From Mytilus trossulus (Eukaryota), in the NCBI RefSeq assembly GCF_036588685.1, contig NC_086380.1:21638001-21702000 (forward strand): 64,000 nucleotides of DNA, read 5' to 3'. The position numbers and the translations under genes were made by a program. Under the pieces are notes generated by a model that made no database searches, was not told where the DNA came from, and was given only the letters and a program-made list of their open reading frames with translations. Shown here piece after piece: positions 50,101 to 63,745 of the stretch (positions are counted from its first letter, which is position 1; each line of letters opens with the position of its first letter).

Positions 50101-52351
50101 GTTTATAACTATGTAAAGTGTTAATGGTATTATTTATTATTTTCCCTGTCATATAGGTATGGGCGGTGGAATGGGCGGAGGAATGGGAGGAATGGGCGGA
50201 GGTATGGGTAAGATGATGATGCCTATGCAAATGCAAATGCCAATGTCAATGCCAGAACCTATGCCAATGCCAATGCCAAATATGGAAATTGAAATGCCAA
50301 TGCCAAAGATGGGAGGTGGAATGGGCGGTGGTATGATGGGCGCCGGCATGGGTGGTGGTATGATGGGCGCTGGAATGGGCGCAGGAATGGGCGCTGGAAT
50401 GGAAATGGAAGGCGGTATGGGTGGAATGGGAGGAGGTATGGGCGGTGGAATGGGAGGTGGTATGGGAGGAATGGGCGCAGCTATGGCTAAAATGATGATG
50501 ATGCCACAACCTATGCCAATGCAAAAGCCAATGCCAAAAATGGAAATTGAAATGCCACCAGGAATGTCAAAAATGATGGGAGCTAAAATGATGGCTGCCA
50601 TGATGGGAGGTAAATACAATTGATTTTATTTTTTTCTCCTACTTTTCAATTAATTATTGCGCAAGCCGTATAGGAGAAAACACTAAATTCACCTTTTTGT
50701 ATCATCCATTCATTGATGTGACATAATATATATGTTTAAAGTATATACCTTTCACAAAAGATACAAAAACAGATTCATGCCGGTATATGAAGAACCTACA
50801 AATTAATACGAATATGAATACGAAAAAGAGTTACACAAAAATAAAAGTCATATTACTCTACTGTACATTTTATGATAATAAAATACATGTATATATTTAG
50901 ACACGAATATAAGCTAAGATAAAATTCATATATTTTAACGTTATACATGCATAAAAGTAAGATAAACATTATCATATTGACAAATGAAACGTTTATATTG
51001 TACAAATTATTTATCTACTTTTATTGATTATGTTGATGTGTATATGATGTTCAATATAAGTCTTGTTTATACATAGGTATGAGCGGCGGAATGGGCGGAG
51101 GAATGGGAGGAGCAATGGGCGGAGCAATGGGAGGAATGGGCGGAGGAATGGGAGGAGGAATGGCCGGTGGAATGGGAGGAATGGGCGGAGGAATGGGAGG
51201 AGGAATGGGAGGAGCAATGGGAGGAGCAATGGGAGGAATGGGAATGGGAGGCAAAAGTAAGTCATAGTTCAATCAAGATTTAATAAGGGAATACATGCCT
51301 TTTTTTCAGAGTATAAAGGATTTTATGATATGTTGATGAGTGACATGGTTCGGTTAAAAAAAAACAAATAATATCCGTTATAAAGTCGTTTGACCCTTTA
51401 TTTTGTTTGTGTCACTGAATTGGCATGGCTCATTTATATATTTTTTGGTTTTTGGTTCAAATAAATGTTTTGTGCCTACGTTTTATTTAACAATTTACGC
51501 GAAGTGAAACTAAATATGTGAAACGTCGAACCAGTGTGTTTAATTATCATAACTATCTTGTTTACGTTGTTAAGGAAAACTAATTCCGTCAACGTCGTCA
51601 ACTAATTAATGACTTCCAGATCCTCTACAAAATACCCTTTCAATCAATTATATTGACTTATTCTCTGATATGCAAATCATATCAGAATATTTTTTGTTAA
51701 TAATAAAGAACTATGGAATTGCTTATATCAACATTATTTGAACTGTTGTTGATGGTTACCTATTTGGCATTTATACAAAGTCTTTTTTATAATTTAAAAT
51801 AGAATGTGTTAATATTTATAATTCTTGTATCAGAATAAAAGTCAATAAATTGATAAACATGTATTATTTTTAAATTGCAGGATATAGAAGAGCTACTGGT
51901 ATGTAGAACCATCATTTACATTTATTTAGCAGGCTATAATTATTTCTTAAAAGGGCATTACACGATTTTGTTTCAGATTCAAGTTTTATTATCCTCAGAC
52001 ACTAGCATTGTACAAATGGTCAATATACATACATCAATACATAAATGAATAAATGATCTATACCTGTATACAGTAACTACAATATAATGAAATAAACATA
52101 AGAGGTACGACAATAGAAGCTAACACACTTTTAACAAACACGTGGTAGTGGTAGTCAAATCAAATATCTTGTCAAAGATTTTTGTAAAATAAACAAGCCA
52201 AATCTATTTTAGTCGAAGAGTTGTGTACCCCTTAGTAAGAAAAAGGATACATATACTAAAGTAGAAAAAAAGTGGAAATAAATTTAATATTTGATGTTTA
52301 CTTATGTGGACCTTTTCTTTTCTTTCAGATTCTTATTCATATGATTATTGA
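48849..52351 (+). CDS. secreted Gly/Met/Pro-rich structural protein B (476 aa); join(48849..49605,50157..50609,51077..51256,51881..51898,52329..52351)
   Basis: Signal peptide MNPIQIVITFMAVFVTVNG; GGM repeats; 4 x GMEVEMKPAPAAG(N/S)K; MP tracts; joins to 1431 nt ending GGKRYRRATDSYSYDY*; AATAAA at 52404. Confidence 0.88.
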
Positions 52352-55300
52352 GCAACACCACAGAAGTCGTATTAGTCCGAAACTTACCATTGTTGTACAT
52401 TATAATAAATGTTTATACATGTTTCTAAATTGTTTGCTTATGATGTTCACCCCTTATATGAATTACTTATAAGTCGATACAGCATCTTCATTCATTGGCA
52501 GAAACATTGTCATGTGTTATTCCTTACTGTTTAGCAAATGCATCAGCCTTTACCATGACACTGTTGGTAAATAAGGAGTCAGTAAAAATTTTGTCGACAA
52601 TATTCTTGGTTTCTTCATTGTAATAAGTATATTGATAATTGTTCATGAAGACATTATTAGTATCTAAATAAATAAACAATTGAAAAAAAAACCCCAACAT
52701 CATGATTTGATCTAAAGCAATAAAGTTAAAGCAATCTTGTTAAGCAGTAGCTAACAAAATCCACTGAGTTACTTTATCTGGGTTTAGAACAGTCTTATCG
52801 TATAAAGAATATCGCTTGGTGTGTGACTGCACAATTATCCCTTTCAACAGTGATACGGCAATCATATTTCAATATAATTTAAATTTAATGATTCAAAATA
52901 AATGTTTTGGAAAATGTTATAAAAAAACGGCCCAACAAAAAAAACCAAAAAAACAAGGAGCATGTTTGTCATGATAAACACACCTTAAATACAATGTCCA
53001 GAACATAATCAAACGTAGCAGAAATACACATATTACGCCACAAACATAACATCCGTTTATTATACATCACACGAAATGAAGAAACATACATCCTATTTAA
53101 ATCTAGATGAACTCATGTATCATGTTTTTCGACACATAAAACGTGACATAAATACTATGCAAGTCAAGTTGTAGACTATAACAATTTCTATGTAATGCTC
53201 CATATGTACAATGAGGGACTTTTGTTTAGGAGCTTCTTTGTCAATATAAAAATCATCTTATCAAACATTCTGTTAGAAAACAATAGCCATGGTATCAACA
53301 TTGCATAAAAAATAACTGCAATGTTGATTAAAAAAGGGCAAGTGCTTAAATAAAGGCAACAGTAGTATACCGCCATTCGAAATTCTTAATCGATTGAGAA
53401 AAAGCGAAACAATTCCGGCTTACAAACTGAAACTGAGGGAAACGCATCAAATGTAAGAGAACTACGACACAATAGAAACACAAAACAGAAACAAACTATA
53501 ATAAAAGTAAAGGCAACAGTAGTATATCGCTGTTCAAAAAACTCGTAAATCGATGGACAAAAAACAAAATCGGGGTAACAAACTAAAACTGAGGGAAGCG
53601 CATTAAATATAATATAACGATGGTAATTTTCCTGACTTGGTACAGGACATTTTAAGAAAAAAATGGTGGGTTGAACATGTCAAAATCAAACATTGTCAAT
53701 CAACAGAACAAATGAACATAACTGCCATTATCCTGAATACAGACATTATCTGAAGAGAATGGTGAGTTAAAACAAGATTAATATCTTAATAACCATCTTA
53801 CTTGTATGACGGGTATAATTCCGTGAAATTGACAAAATTGAATGCAAAACTCAAACAGAAATCGTGGATATTATAGTAGAAGTCGCAAGTAAACATTCAT
53901 CACAAATGACAAAAAAATTCAAACAGACATACAAGTTGTCATTTGCTGATGATGTTATATCGACAAAGACGACAATAACAATGGTTTCGCATTTGAAAGT
54001 ACTTACCATATCATCCCACACCTTCTCGATGCAGTACAAATTAGTATAATATTAGAAACAATAAATGATAAACAAAAACATAAGCACAAAGGTAACGAAT
54101 GGATACAACGTTATTAAAAACAAAACCCTTTTTTATCTGAATCACTCATCAGTACTAACCTGCATCTATAGTTGGTCGGGTTTTACCAATTTATGAAAGC
54201 AGTAAAATAAAAACAACACGTTATAAAATACATGCGTCTACAGCCAATTTCGGGATTTACCGTCATTAGGAAAACAGAAAACTTAAAAACTAATATTTGA
54301 TAGCCAAAGATGGACAAGAACTGTCATATTGACGAGTAACTTGAGGGTTATCAACTTTGTAATACTTGTGGAAGAACATGACTTCTTCCTAGTTAAGATG
54401 CTTGATGATCGTAAGATAAAAAGAAAAGTAACAATAAAGTTACGTTACATACAAAAGTGTACAAGAAAGTACTGGAAACCATTACATAACATAACGTTCT
54501 AAAGTCTCTTGACCTATATAAACGACAACAAACTTTACACAAAAAAAAGACAAAATTAAACAAATCCATTTATGATCAAATTAGCCCGAGGGAGTTGAAA
54601 CCCAAGTTTCTTTGTAATTTTGACATCTAAAAACGGACAATATAAGAGAACTACGACACAACAAAGACACAACACCGAAATATCACACACACAGAAACGA
54701 AGTAAAATGTAACAATGACCATTTTCCTGACGTGGTACAGGGCATTTTCTGCAAAAAAAACCCGGTGGGTTGAACCTGGTTTGTGGCATGCTAAACCTCC
54801 TGTTTTAATGGCAGTGTTAATTATAACATCAGCATGACATCATTACACGACAGGGTTACAATAAATAAACAACTAAATGGGAGAAAATATAGGACAGAGA
54901 AACGAACGAATAAGAGCCATCACAAGGTAAAAGGTTAAAAAAAATTTTTTATACGCCAGTCAAGCGCTACACCCACACAAAACCATGTTCACAAAAAATT
55001 GGAGATCGCCGAGGACCAAAAGTTCCAAAAAGTTGTGAGGCCAGGGTTATACGCCTGGGACAAAAACATCATTATTATCAAGAATAATACATAGTTTTGC
55101 AAACACTAATTTTATAAAATTACTATATAATAGATATATATGATTAAACTGAATTGATGACTAGCTAATTAAAGAATTAAAACGAATACATTACAAAATC
55201 ACAGCCCTGTTAGCCATAGTCAATGCAACACCCAAAGTGATGTCACATTTAAATTTCTAAAACGTGTACCGAAAATTGAGAAAGAATTAGGATGAAACTA

Positions 55301-56679
55301 AAGATTAGACTTATATGACTTATCTTTCTTACATAAATAACAGTGACAATTATAATACTGAATAATACTTAATTGTAGTAGTAAATTGATAATTAATTGT
55401 ATTATCTAGCTTTGTGTGTGCTTCTTCTGATCAAACTGTAAACCAAATATACCGTGGAAATTTCGTTGATCCAAAATTAAATCTACCAATGAACTGGATG
55501 AGTAGTTATCCCCAACACAACACACAAATACAACAGAAAAAAATACGATTTACAACTACAAACGTTAAGATATTTGACAAAATCCGATGACAACAACAAA
55601 CACAACATCAAAACCCAACAAATTAATTTAGGATGGAAAAGTACCGTGCCACGTCGTAAAGCAAAACGAATTCACAATCAGCAAAACAGTCAAATTCGGG
55701 AGTAAGTCACGTTCGGTAATAAAAAGATCAGACGACGTAATGACAAACCATAATCTAACACTTTTTAAAAATGTCCATAAAGTCAATAATAGTAAATTGC
55801 TAAATAGTAGACATAAATAGATTGGGAGAAAACAAATTCGGGTTACAAATTAAAATCGAGAGAGACAAATCAATTAAACAACAGAACAATAGAATTACAG
55901 AAGTGGAACTAAAACAAACGCAATCGCACATAGACGTCGGATCTAGTAGTCCACCAGGAGAAGTATTGACCCTTTCCTCAAAATAGTTGTATACCCCTAA
56001 TGTGACATATACAGGTAGTTGCAATGATGTCATTTGGACTTTATTGGATAGCTGTTTCTGTGGCAATCATTTAGCAATCCTTATTCTTTATCAAAAGCGA
56101 TAAAAAAAAAATACAAACAAAATACAAACAGTTTCAATTGCATACAGTTAACGTAAAAACATGCAATTAAACGAGACAAACAAATATATTGTAACGCAAA
56201 CATAATCTTCACTTTTTGTCAACAAGTAAACACAAAAGCAAAAATCGGGCATGGTGTAATGAATCCTTACATCTACTGATGTATGAATTCCGTGCATCTA
56301 GTGATATATAAATTACTTAAAGTCAAATGGGTATATAAAGGCAACAGTACTATGCCGCTGTTCGAAAGTCATAAATCGATTGAGAGAAAACAAATCCTGG
56401 TTACAAACTAAAGGTCAAATTTTAAAGAATATAATCTTGATGTAGATCATGATTCATTAACATTTTATCAGACGATTTATAAACTAGACGCTGATCAGGT
56501 TGACAAAATGATTATGGGCAACGTAGATACAAGTATCGTCTTAGAGAGATAAAATCCCACTTTGTAAAAAACAACTCTGATTCTAAAAATATTTGTTTTG
56601 AAACTGACATTTCAATATCATTGATTTCGGGATTGAAAACATATTTCTTAAGTTTCGAGGACGTTTTTTTCAACTAACA

Positions 56680-58200
56680 ATCGGCATTAGGAGAATGTAT
56701 CAGGCTTATTTTTGACATTATGGAAAAGGCAGAAGATGATAATCTACCAGGTCTTTTACTTTTATTAGACTTTGAGAAAGCTTTTGATACTCTTCAGTGG
56801 TCATTTATAGACTTGGCTTTGTCTTTTCTGGGATTTGGTCCTATTTTTTGTAGATGGGTCAAGACCTTATATTCAGAATCTCAGAGCTGTATTATAAATA
56901 ATGGACATTGCTCTCAATTTTTTAATATTGGGCGGGGTGTTAGACAAGGTGATCCTCTATCTCCATAACTCTTTATATTATCTTTAGAACTTATGAGTGC
57001 TGCACTTAAAAATAACCCAGATATAAATGGTATGAAAAAAAATGATTCTGAGTATCTACTAAGCCAGTATGCAGATGACTCATGTCTCTTATTAGATGAA
57101 GATGAGCAATCTTTAGAAAATTTCTGAGTGTGCGGGACTTAGGGCTAATTTTGATAAAACTGAAGCCATATGGATTGGGTCAAAGATTCACTCAAGGGAT
57201 AAACTAACAACTACAAGAAATTCAAACTGGAATCATTGAGAAAAATTTTAACTTTAAGAATAAAATTTGATCTGTTCAGTGAAAATAAAACGCTTGTAAA
57301 TTTTGAAGAAAAAATAAAAAAAATGTAGAGCCTGCTAAATTCCTGGGTTTATAGAGATTTAACATATATGGGAAAGATCACTGTCATTAAATCACTTGCT
57401 CTACCTATTCTAATTCAATCATTGACAGTTTTGCCAAACCCGCCGGATGATAAAATAAAAGAAATCCAAAATATTTTTTTTAGTTTCTTGTGGTCAGGAA
57501 AACCAGACAAGATTAAAAGAAAAGTTATGATAGGGTTATTTGAAAATGGGGGGGGGGGGGTTGAAAATGCCAGATATATGATCCTTTTGTTATTCATTAA
57601 AGATGACATGGATAAATAAACTTTTAGACTCCTTGAATATATCCCCATGGAAAACATTGTTAATAGATCCATACAACAGATTAGGAACAGACAAAATATG
57701 GTTGATGACCCCTGGTGGTATCCAAAAGATTTCTTCAAATTTTAATAATTTCTGGAAAGATATTTTACTAAACTGGAATATCCTAAACACTGTCACTAAT
57801 GACACTGCTGAAGGGATCATGAAACAATCCATATGGCTAAACAAGAGTTTGGAAATTAATAATAAAACTATATTTTACCAGAGGTGGGTTGAATCAGGAG
57901 TTTTCTTTATAGGTGATTTACTTGATGAAAACAGCAATTTTTTTACTTTAAAGGAATTCTGCGAAAAATATAATCTTAATATTAATTTCTTGGAATACCA
58001 CTCTTTGCTGCATATGATACCAAAAGACTGGAAAACTTTAATAACTACTTTAGAGAAAATTACGCTCATATCTAACGATAAATTTGAATTGATAAAAAAA
58101 CAATAAAAAGTAATGTCAGTTCTTTTATAAAAAAATTCTTGTCAATGTATACAAAAAAAGTGTCTGCTGATAATGAAGAAAAATAATAAAATGGCATCAT
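56680..58200 (+). mobile_element. degenerate L1/Tx1-like LINE fragment (RT domain and downstream ORF2)
   Basis: LLLLDFEKAFD, RGVRQGDPLSP*, SQYADD (about 57062), GKITVIKSLALP, FLWSGKPDKIKR; multiple stops and frameshifts. Confidence 0.85.
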
Positions 58201-58399
58201 CTTCTTTGATAGATGCTGATGTAATTCTTTTTTTTTTACATGGAATAGAATAGAAACTGAATGCTGGCTTCCTAATTTTTTTTATTCCGGCATCCCACAA
58301 GACTAAAATGATGTCATTACATGAGTTTGGATGCTACCATCCAAAAAACTGAGGATTTTGGTATCCCTATGTAAAGAGTTGCTGGTAACCCTACATAAT

Positions 58400-58680
58400 G
58401 GAATGCTGGCATCCCAAAATATCTAGATGCTGGTATCCGAAAAATGTCTGGATGCTGGCATCCAAAAATATCCGGATGCTGGCATCCCCAAATATCCGGA
58501 TGCTGGCATCCCTAAATATCCGCATGCTAGCATCCCCAAATATCCGGAGGCTAACATCCTGAAATGTCTGGATACTGGCATCCCATAATATTCGGATGCC
58601 GGCATCCAAAAATGTCTGCATGCTGTCATCCCAAAATGTATAGATGCTAAAATATTCGGATTCTAGCATTCCAAAATATT
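58400..58680. repeat. 24-bp minisatellite with an internal palindrome, about 11 copies
   Basis: Unit GGATGCTGGCATCCCAAAATATCC; GGATGC-TG-GCATCC is self-complementary. Confidence 0.85.
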
Positions 58681-59019
58681 TTGGTTCTGATTTCACAACT
58701 ATTCAAACATATTTTTTTTCATGATGGCTTACAATTTTAAATGCTGCTTTATTATCAACTGTCTTTTAGTATCAGTCCACCAAGACAGCACCAAGTACAT
58801 TTCCTAGGCAATGCATGCACACGAAAACAAACCAGTAAAACAAGATATGTAAGAAACTACTGATGAATGCCTCTAGAGAATCAGAAATCATTGGTAACAA
58901 AGGTCGTCGAGGAAAACAGAAGAGTGTTCCGGATTTTTGAGACAATATTAATTTCTATGGTCATACGGTACACAGATTTTCCATAACTTTTAACAATGCA
59001 GGTCATGATGTCGATCATA

Positions 59020-59645
59020 ATAGAGGAACGAAAGAAACAAGAAGGAGAGTCAAACTCATAAATTGAAAATAAACTGACAACGCCATGAATAAAAACAAAA
59101 GACAAACAGACAAATAATAGTACATAAGACACAGCATAGAAAACTAAAGACTAAGCAACATGAACTCCAGTAACAACGGAGGGTAATCTCTGGTGTTCCA
59201 GAAAGGTAAGCAGATCCTGCTCCAAATGTGGCACCCGTCGTGTTGCTTATGTTATTACAAATCCGGTAAATAGTCTGATTCGGTAGGTCACATTCGTGAA
59301 AAGGAAAGGGTTTTGTAGTAACGAAGTAAGGAATATATAGTTATCAAAGGTACCAGGATTATAATTTAGTACGCCAGACGTGCGTTTCGTCTACATAAGA
59401 CTCATCAGTGACGCTCATATCAAAATATTTATAGAGCCAAATAAGTACAAAGTTAAAGAGCACTGAGGATCCAAAATTCTTAAAAGTTGTGCCAAATACG
59501 GCTAAGTTAATGTTTGCTTGGGATAAGAAAATCTTTAGTTTTCGCAAAATTCAACGTTTTGTAAACAGGAAATTTATAAAAATGACCACATTATTGATAT
59601 TCATGTCAACACCGAAGTGTTGACTACTGGGCTGGTGATACCCTA
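59020..59645. repeat. interspersed repeat family 3 copy abutting a family 4 copy
   Basis: Matches 19041-19360 and 26991-27200. Confidence 0.75.
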
Positions 59646-59649
59646 GTAT

Positions 59650-59892
59650 GAGGGGGAGGACAGGGTTGTACCCTTCTCCCTTCTCCCATCCCTCTTCTCC
59701 TTTCTCCTATCCCTCTTCTCCTTTCTCATACCCCTCTTCTTCTTATTTTATGTTTTTAATTTACCGGAAAAAAGAGATATTTTATTTTTTCATATTTTAT
59801 TTTTTTCTCCAACTTTTTCTCCCTTTTCCCAGCCTTCCTCTCCTTTCTCCTACCCCTTTCTCCCTGTCTCCCTTACCCCTGTCCTCCCCCTC
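59650..59892. mobile_element. 243-bp MITE with perfect 16-bp TIR and 6-bp TSD
   Basis: GAGGGGGAGGACAGGG...CCCTGTCCTCCCCCTC; TAGTAT on both flanks. Confidence 0.85.
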
Positions 59893-61934
59893 TAGTATTC
59901 CATATTATACTTTCATATAATTTTCTATATGTACTATTTGGAACTTTTTGTTCAGTAACTTCCTTGTAATCAGAAAACATCTTATCAAAAATCAAATTAG
60001 AAAATCAATAATCATGGTTTAAAAATCGTATAAAAAAACCCGAACTCTAATGTAAATTCCACAAAAACTAAAAAAAACCAATGTTATCGATCAACAGAAC
60101 AATTAACAACTAATGCCATGTTCCTGACTTTGTAAAGGCATTGCGATGAGGAAATGGTGAGTTAAACCTCGTTTCAAAGCTACATAAAATCCTATTTGTA
60201 TGACAGTTGTTTATAGTTCCTTGATATTGACGCACACACTTTGGTATGCATACTAAATTGATCATGACGCCAACAAAGAAAGTTTTACTATTGATAGTAT
60301 ATAATTAAATAATACAGTAGATACTGTTTTTAAACTGTCTTCGTGCTATAATGTATATTTTCGATCGTATGACATGCAAAGTGACTTAGTTTTAATGCAT
60401 ACCACCGTTTTGTTTTGAAAATGTTTTTAATGCGTACGTTTGGTCCAAAATTGCTAATTCAGATTGAACGCACAAGACGAATAGATAGCATAACATAGCG
60501 TCATTAATTAAAAAAACAAACTTTTAAGCAAACACGAAGAAACACAAAAAACAAACTTGGAAAATTCCATACGGTAACAAGAGAAAAACGAGAAACACAT
60601 ATTCTATACAAATTAAAACAGAAATTCAAAACAAAATGCATACTATGATATATTAAATTTACATGTAGAATCTTTTATTTCTTGTTACCATTACAAATGT
60701 CGAGCACAGACAAACGTATCCAAAGGTATATAAATGGGGTGCTCTTTTTCTCTATCATATCCCATGTTTTCTGCAGTTTATGTTCAGGTCTTATTTTTTT
60801 TTTAAGTATACTGTTATTTCTATATGAAAATTACATCAAAAGTAAAATAATTTTAGCGTGGAAATGGCGTCTTTGAAAAAAATCATCTGGAAAGATAGCT
60901 AAAAGGCTATTCGAATTTTTCTGATGTTTTTTTTTATCAAAGGGGGACACACATTCACCGATTTACACATCTATTTAAAACCAGATGTGTTAATTACCGC
61001 AGCTATAAACAATATTAATCAAATCCATTTCATGTTAGATGAATGTCAGAAATTTCAAAGGTGTAAGAACTGAAATTAAGGACAATCAGTCAAAGAAATA
61101 CTAAGAAATACTTCTTTGAAGTCGTGTTTTTAATTCAGGAAAGTTGCCGAAAATTGATGTCCGTTTTTCGGTCCTTTGCAGAAAGTGTTCTTAGTTTAAA
61201 AAATAATCATTTATGTTATAATAATATAATTTACAGGCATATTTCTTTCATTTCAGTCACCTTTTGACGTTTTTACACCACACAATCATAAAACGACGAA
61301 ATTGTGTCTATGAATGTACATAAGTTTATTTGCAAATTGTAATAAGAGCTCGTTAAAAATCACTGATGTTCCTTTATTTTCAAGTATATAAGTATATTTC
61401 ACGAAATGTATCCATAAAGGGATTTATTGTGTACATACTACATACCTAGTGCAAAGTTCAATAGCCCTAGGTTAATAATGTCAGATGAGTAAATTACACA
61501 AATTAAAGAGATAATCTTCATCCAGCCCAACCTATATATCATTTTAATTAAATGATAAGACGGGTTTACATTGTGTGTAAATATTTCAAAGGAGCTGACC
61601 TTGATTATGTTAAAATGCCCTTCACAAATGATATTGAAAACTCAAGATAAAAAAAACCACCAAGATATAAAGCTTTTTTTCAAGGTTGACAGGTTATTTG
61701 TGTTTATCTCCCCAACATAATTTCTCTTGGCTTCGTTACACATATTATGAATTATTCGAATCTTGAATAATCACAACAGCATTATCTTAAGTAATATTTA
61801 AAACAAAACGTCTGTTATATAAACAAACATACGTTGGTGTCAGTACATCCAGTTTAATTTAAATTTTAATTGATGCATATCAGATTGAATCTTTTAATCT
61901 TTTGTGTTTGGATACGACACTTACATTCAAAGTC

Positions 61935-62233
61935 AAATTTGTCAACCTCAGCGTCAAGTATATACTATTTTGTAACACGTATATTACTATCGAATACCAA
62001 CATAACATCAATCATACCGTGTAACAAGAAATAGTTTGACATGTTAAAACATACAATAAAACTAACAGGTACAAGTTAAACATGATCACATAAAACTACT
62101 ACTTATGTTTTAGCATGTTTATATTTTACAAGTTGTTAAAGTTGAATTTACTATTTCCTGTGTTAAATTCTTATAAAAGATGTCAAATTTCTGATTATGG
62201 TCACAATTGAACTTGTCCTCCCTACAGCTAAAG
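61935..62233 (+). promoter_or_regulatory. promoter (TATAAAA 62172-62178) and non-coding exon 1 (about 62199-62233) of a predicted third Gly/Met-rich gene
   Basis: Collinear similarity to both other promoters; donor CTAAAG|GTATGT. Confidence 0.7.
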
Positions 62234-63745
62234 GTATGTTGTTTGTATTTGAATTTAAGATATGGATTTTAACAGATAATTTTTGTGTATCCTCCATTAG
62301 GCGACAATGTCCTTAATGTTTGGCTATACATTTTTGTCAATTTGTTCATACGGCTAGATGTTCATGGGATTTGTATTTCTAACACACCCTTAGTTTCGCT
62401 TTAAAGGTTCAAGACGAAAAAAAAACCCAAAAAAACAAAAAAAACAAAAAAACCTAGTGTAATCATAAAAGTGAAAAGGGATAGAAGTAAATATCATTGT
62501 AAAATATATTTTGTGTCTTTCAATTCATTCGGTACATACCTTCAGTGAATAAATAAATTATGGAACCATATACCAATGAAATGTAAATGATCAAGTGATT
62601 GAAATCTTTTTGTTAACCAAATATATTAACAATAAGCATGAATCGTAATTAATACTTATTTATCTTGTGAATGTGTGATTATTTATATCATGAATATTAA
62701 TGTTAGTTAATTTATCTCCTGTAGGATTCAAAACCTTTCTATTTGAATTTCATTTTAAAACACCCAAAAAAACAATGTTAGATTTAGATTTAAAGTGTCG
62801 TGTATATTGTACTTTACTTTATAGAAGCTAACATTTACAAATAGCTAAAATCAAAATGACATACACACTTTAAAAATATGATGCGTCCGATGGAATATGT
62901 TAAAGTTATCACTAAGAGACCTACCATTGTACTTGCTGACTTTTTTAAAAACTAACTACATTGAATTATTGATCTTTTGTCATTCCTTCGATTTTGCTTT
63001 GCTTTTTGTTATATTTTAATCAACTGTTTAATGGTTGTTGTAATACATTTTGTGTTTTAAAAACTTTTGCCCTAGAGACTAAACTAAGACATATAATCAT
63101 TAAGATGTGCCCCTTATGCAGTAAAAGCAGAACCGTTTGGATATTGTAAAAAATGTCATAAAATCGCAATAAAGAAGAAGAAAATGCCGTCGAAGTAGAA
63201 TTAAATTGCCTTTTAGACATTTGTAAAGGAGATATTAATTTTTTCTAAAACATTCTACTAAGTTTTTAAATGTATTCTGTAAAATGTTGAGCAAATGCAA
63301 AATTTTGAAAGTTTATAAAATCTAATATGAAACATATACCTATTTTCAATTCCTTTGAAGCTAACATATTTACAGTGATACTATACATATATACAATAAA
63401 AAATAAAGTAAACAGACTTCTTTTTTCGTATAAAAGTTGCCTTTATTTCTTTATATCTATTGTTCCTGTTTGTTTTGTTAACGCATCATTGTCAAATTGA
63501 GAAATTAGATGCGACTGTCATACAAACGAGAGGTTAAGCTTGCTATACAACGAGGTTTAATCCACATTTATTCTACATAAGGACATAACTGTACCGAGTC
63601 TGGAATATGACACACTCTATTCATTTGTTTGATGTGTTTGTGATTGAGCTTTTGATTTTGCATTTAGATTATGGTCTTATCTTTATATATTTCTTCTGAG
63701 TTCAGTTTTTTGTGATATTACTTTAAACAACGTTACAGTTCACTG

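Noticed and set aside
58391-58696. ORFs with DASIRIF / MPASGY repeats
   Set aside because: By-product of the 24-bp minisatellite period.
59648-59920. Pro/Ser/Phe-rich 90-aa ORF
   Set aside because: Translation of a pyrimidine-rich MITE.
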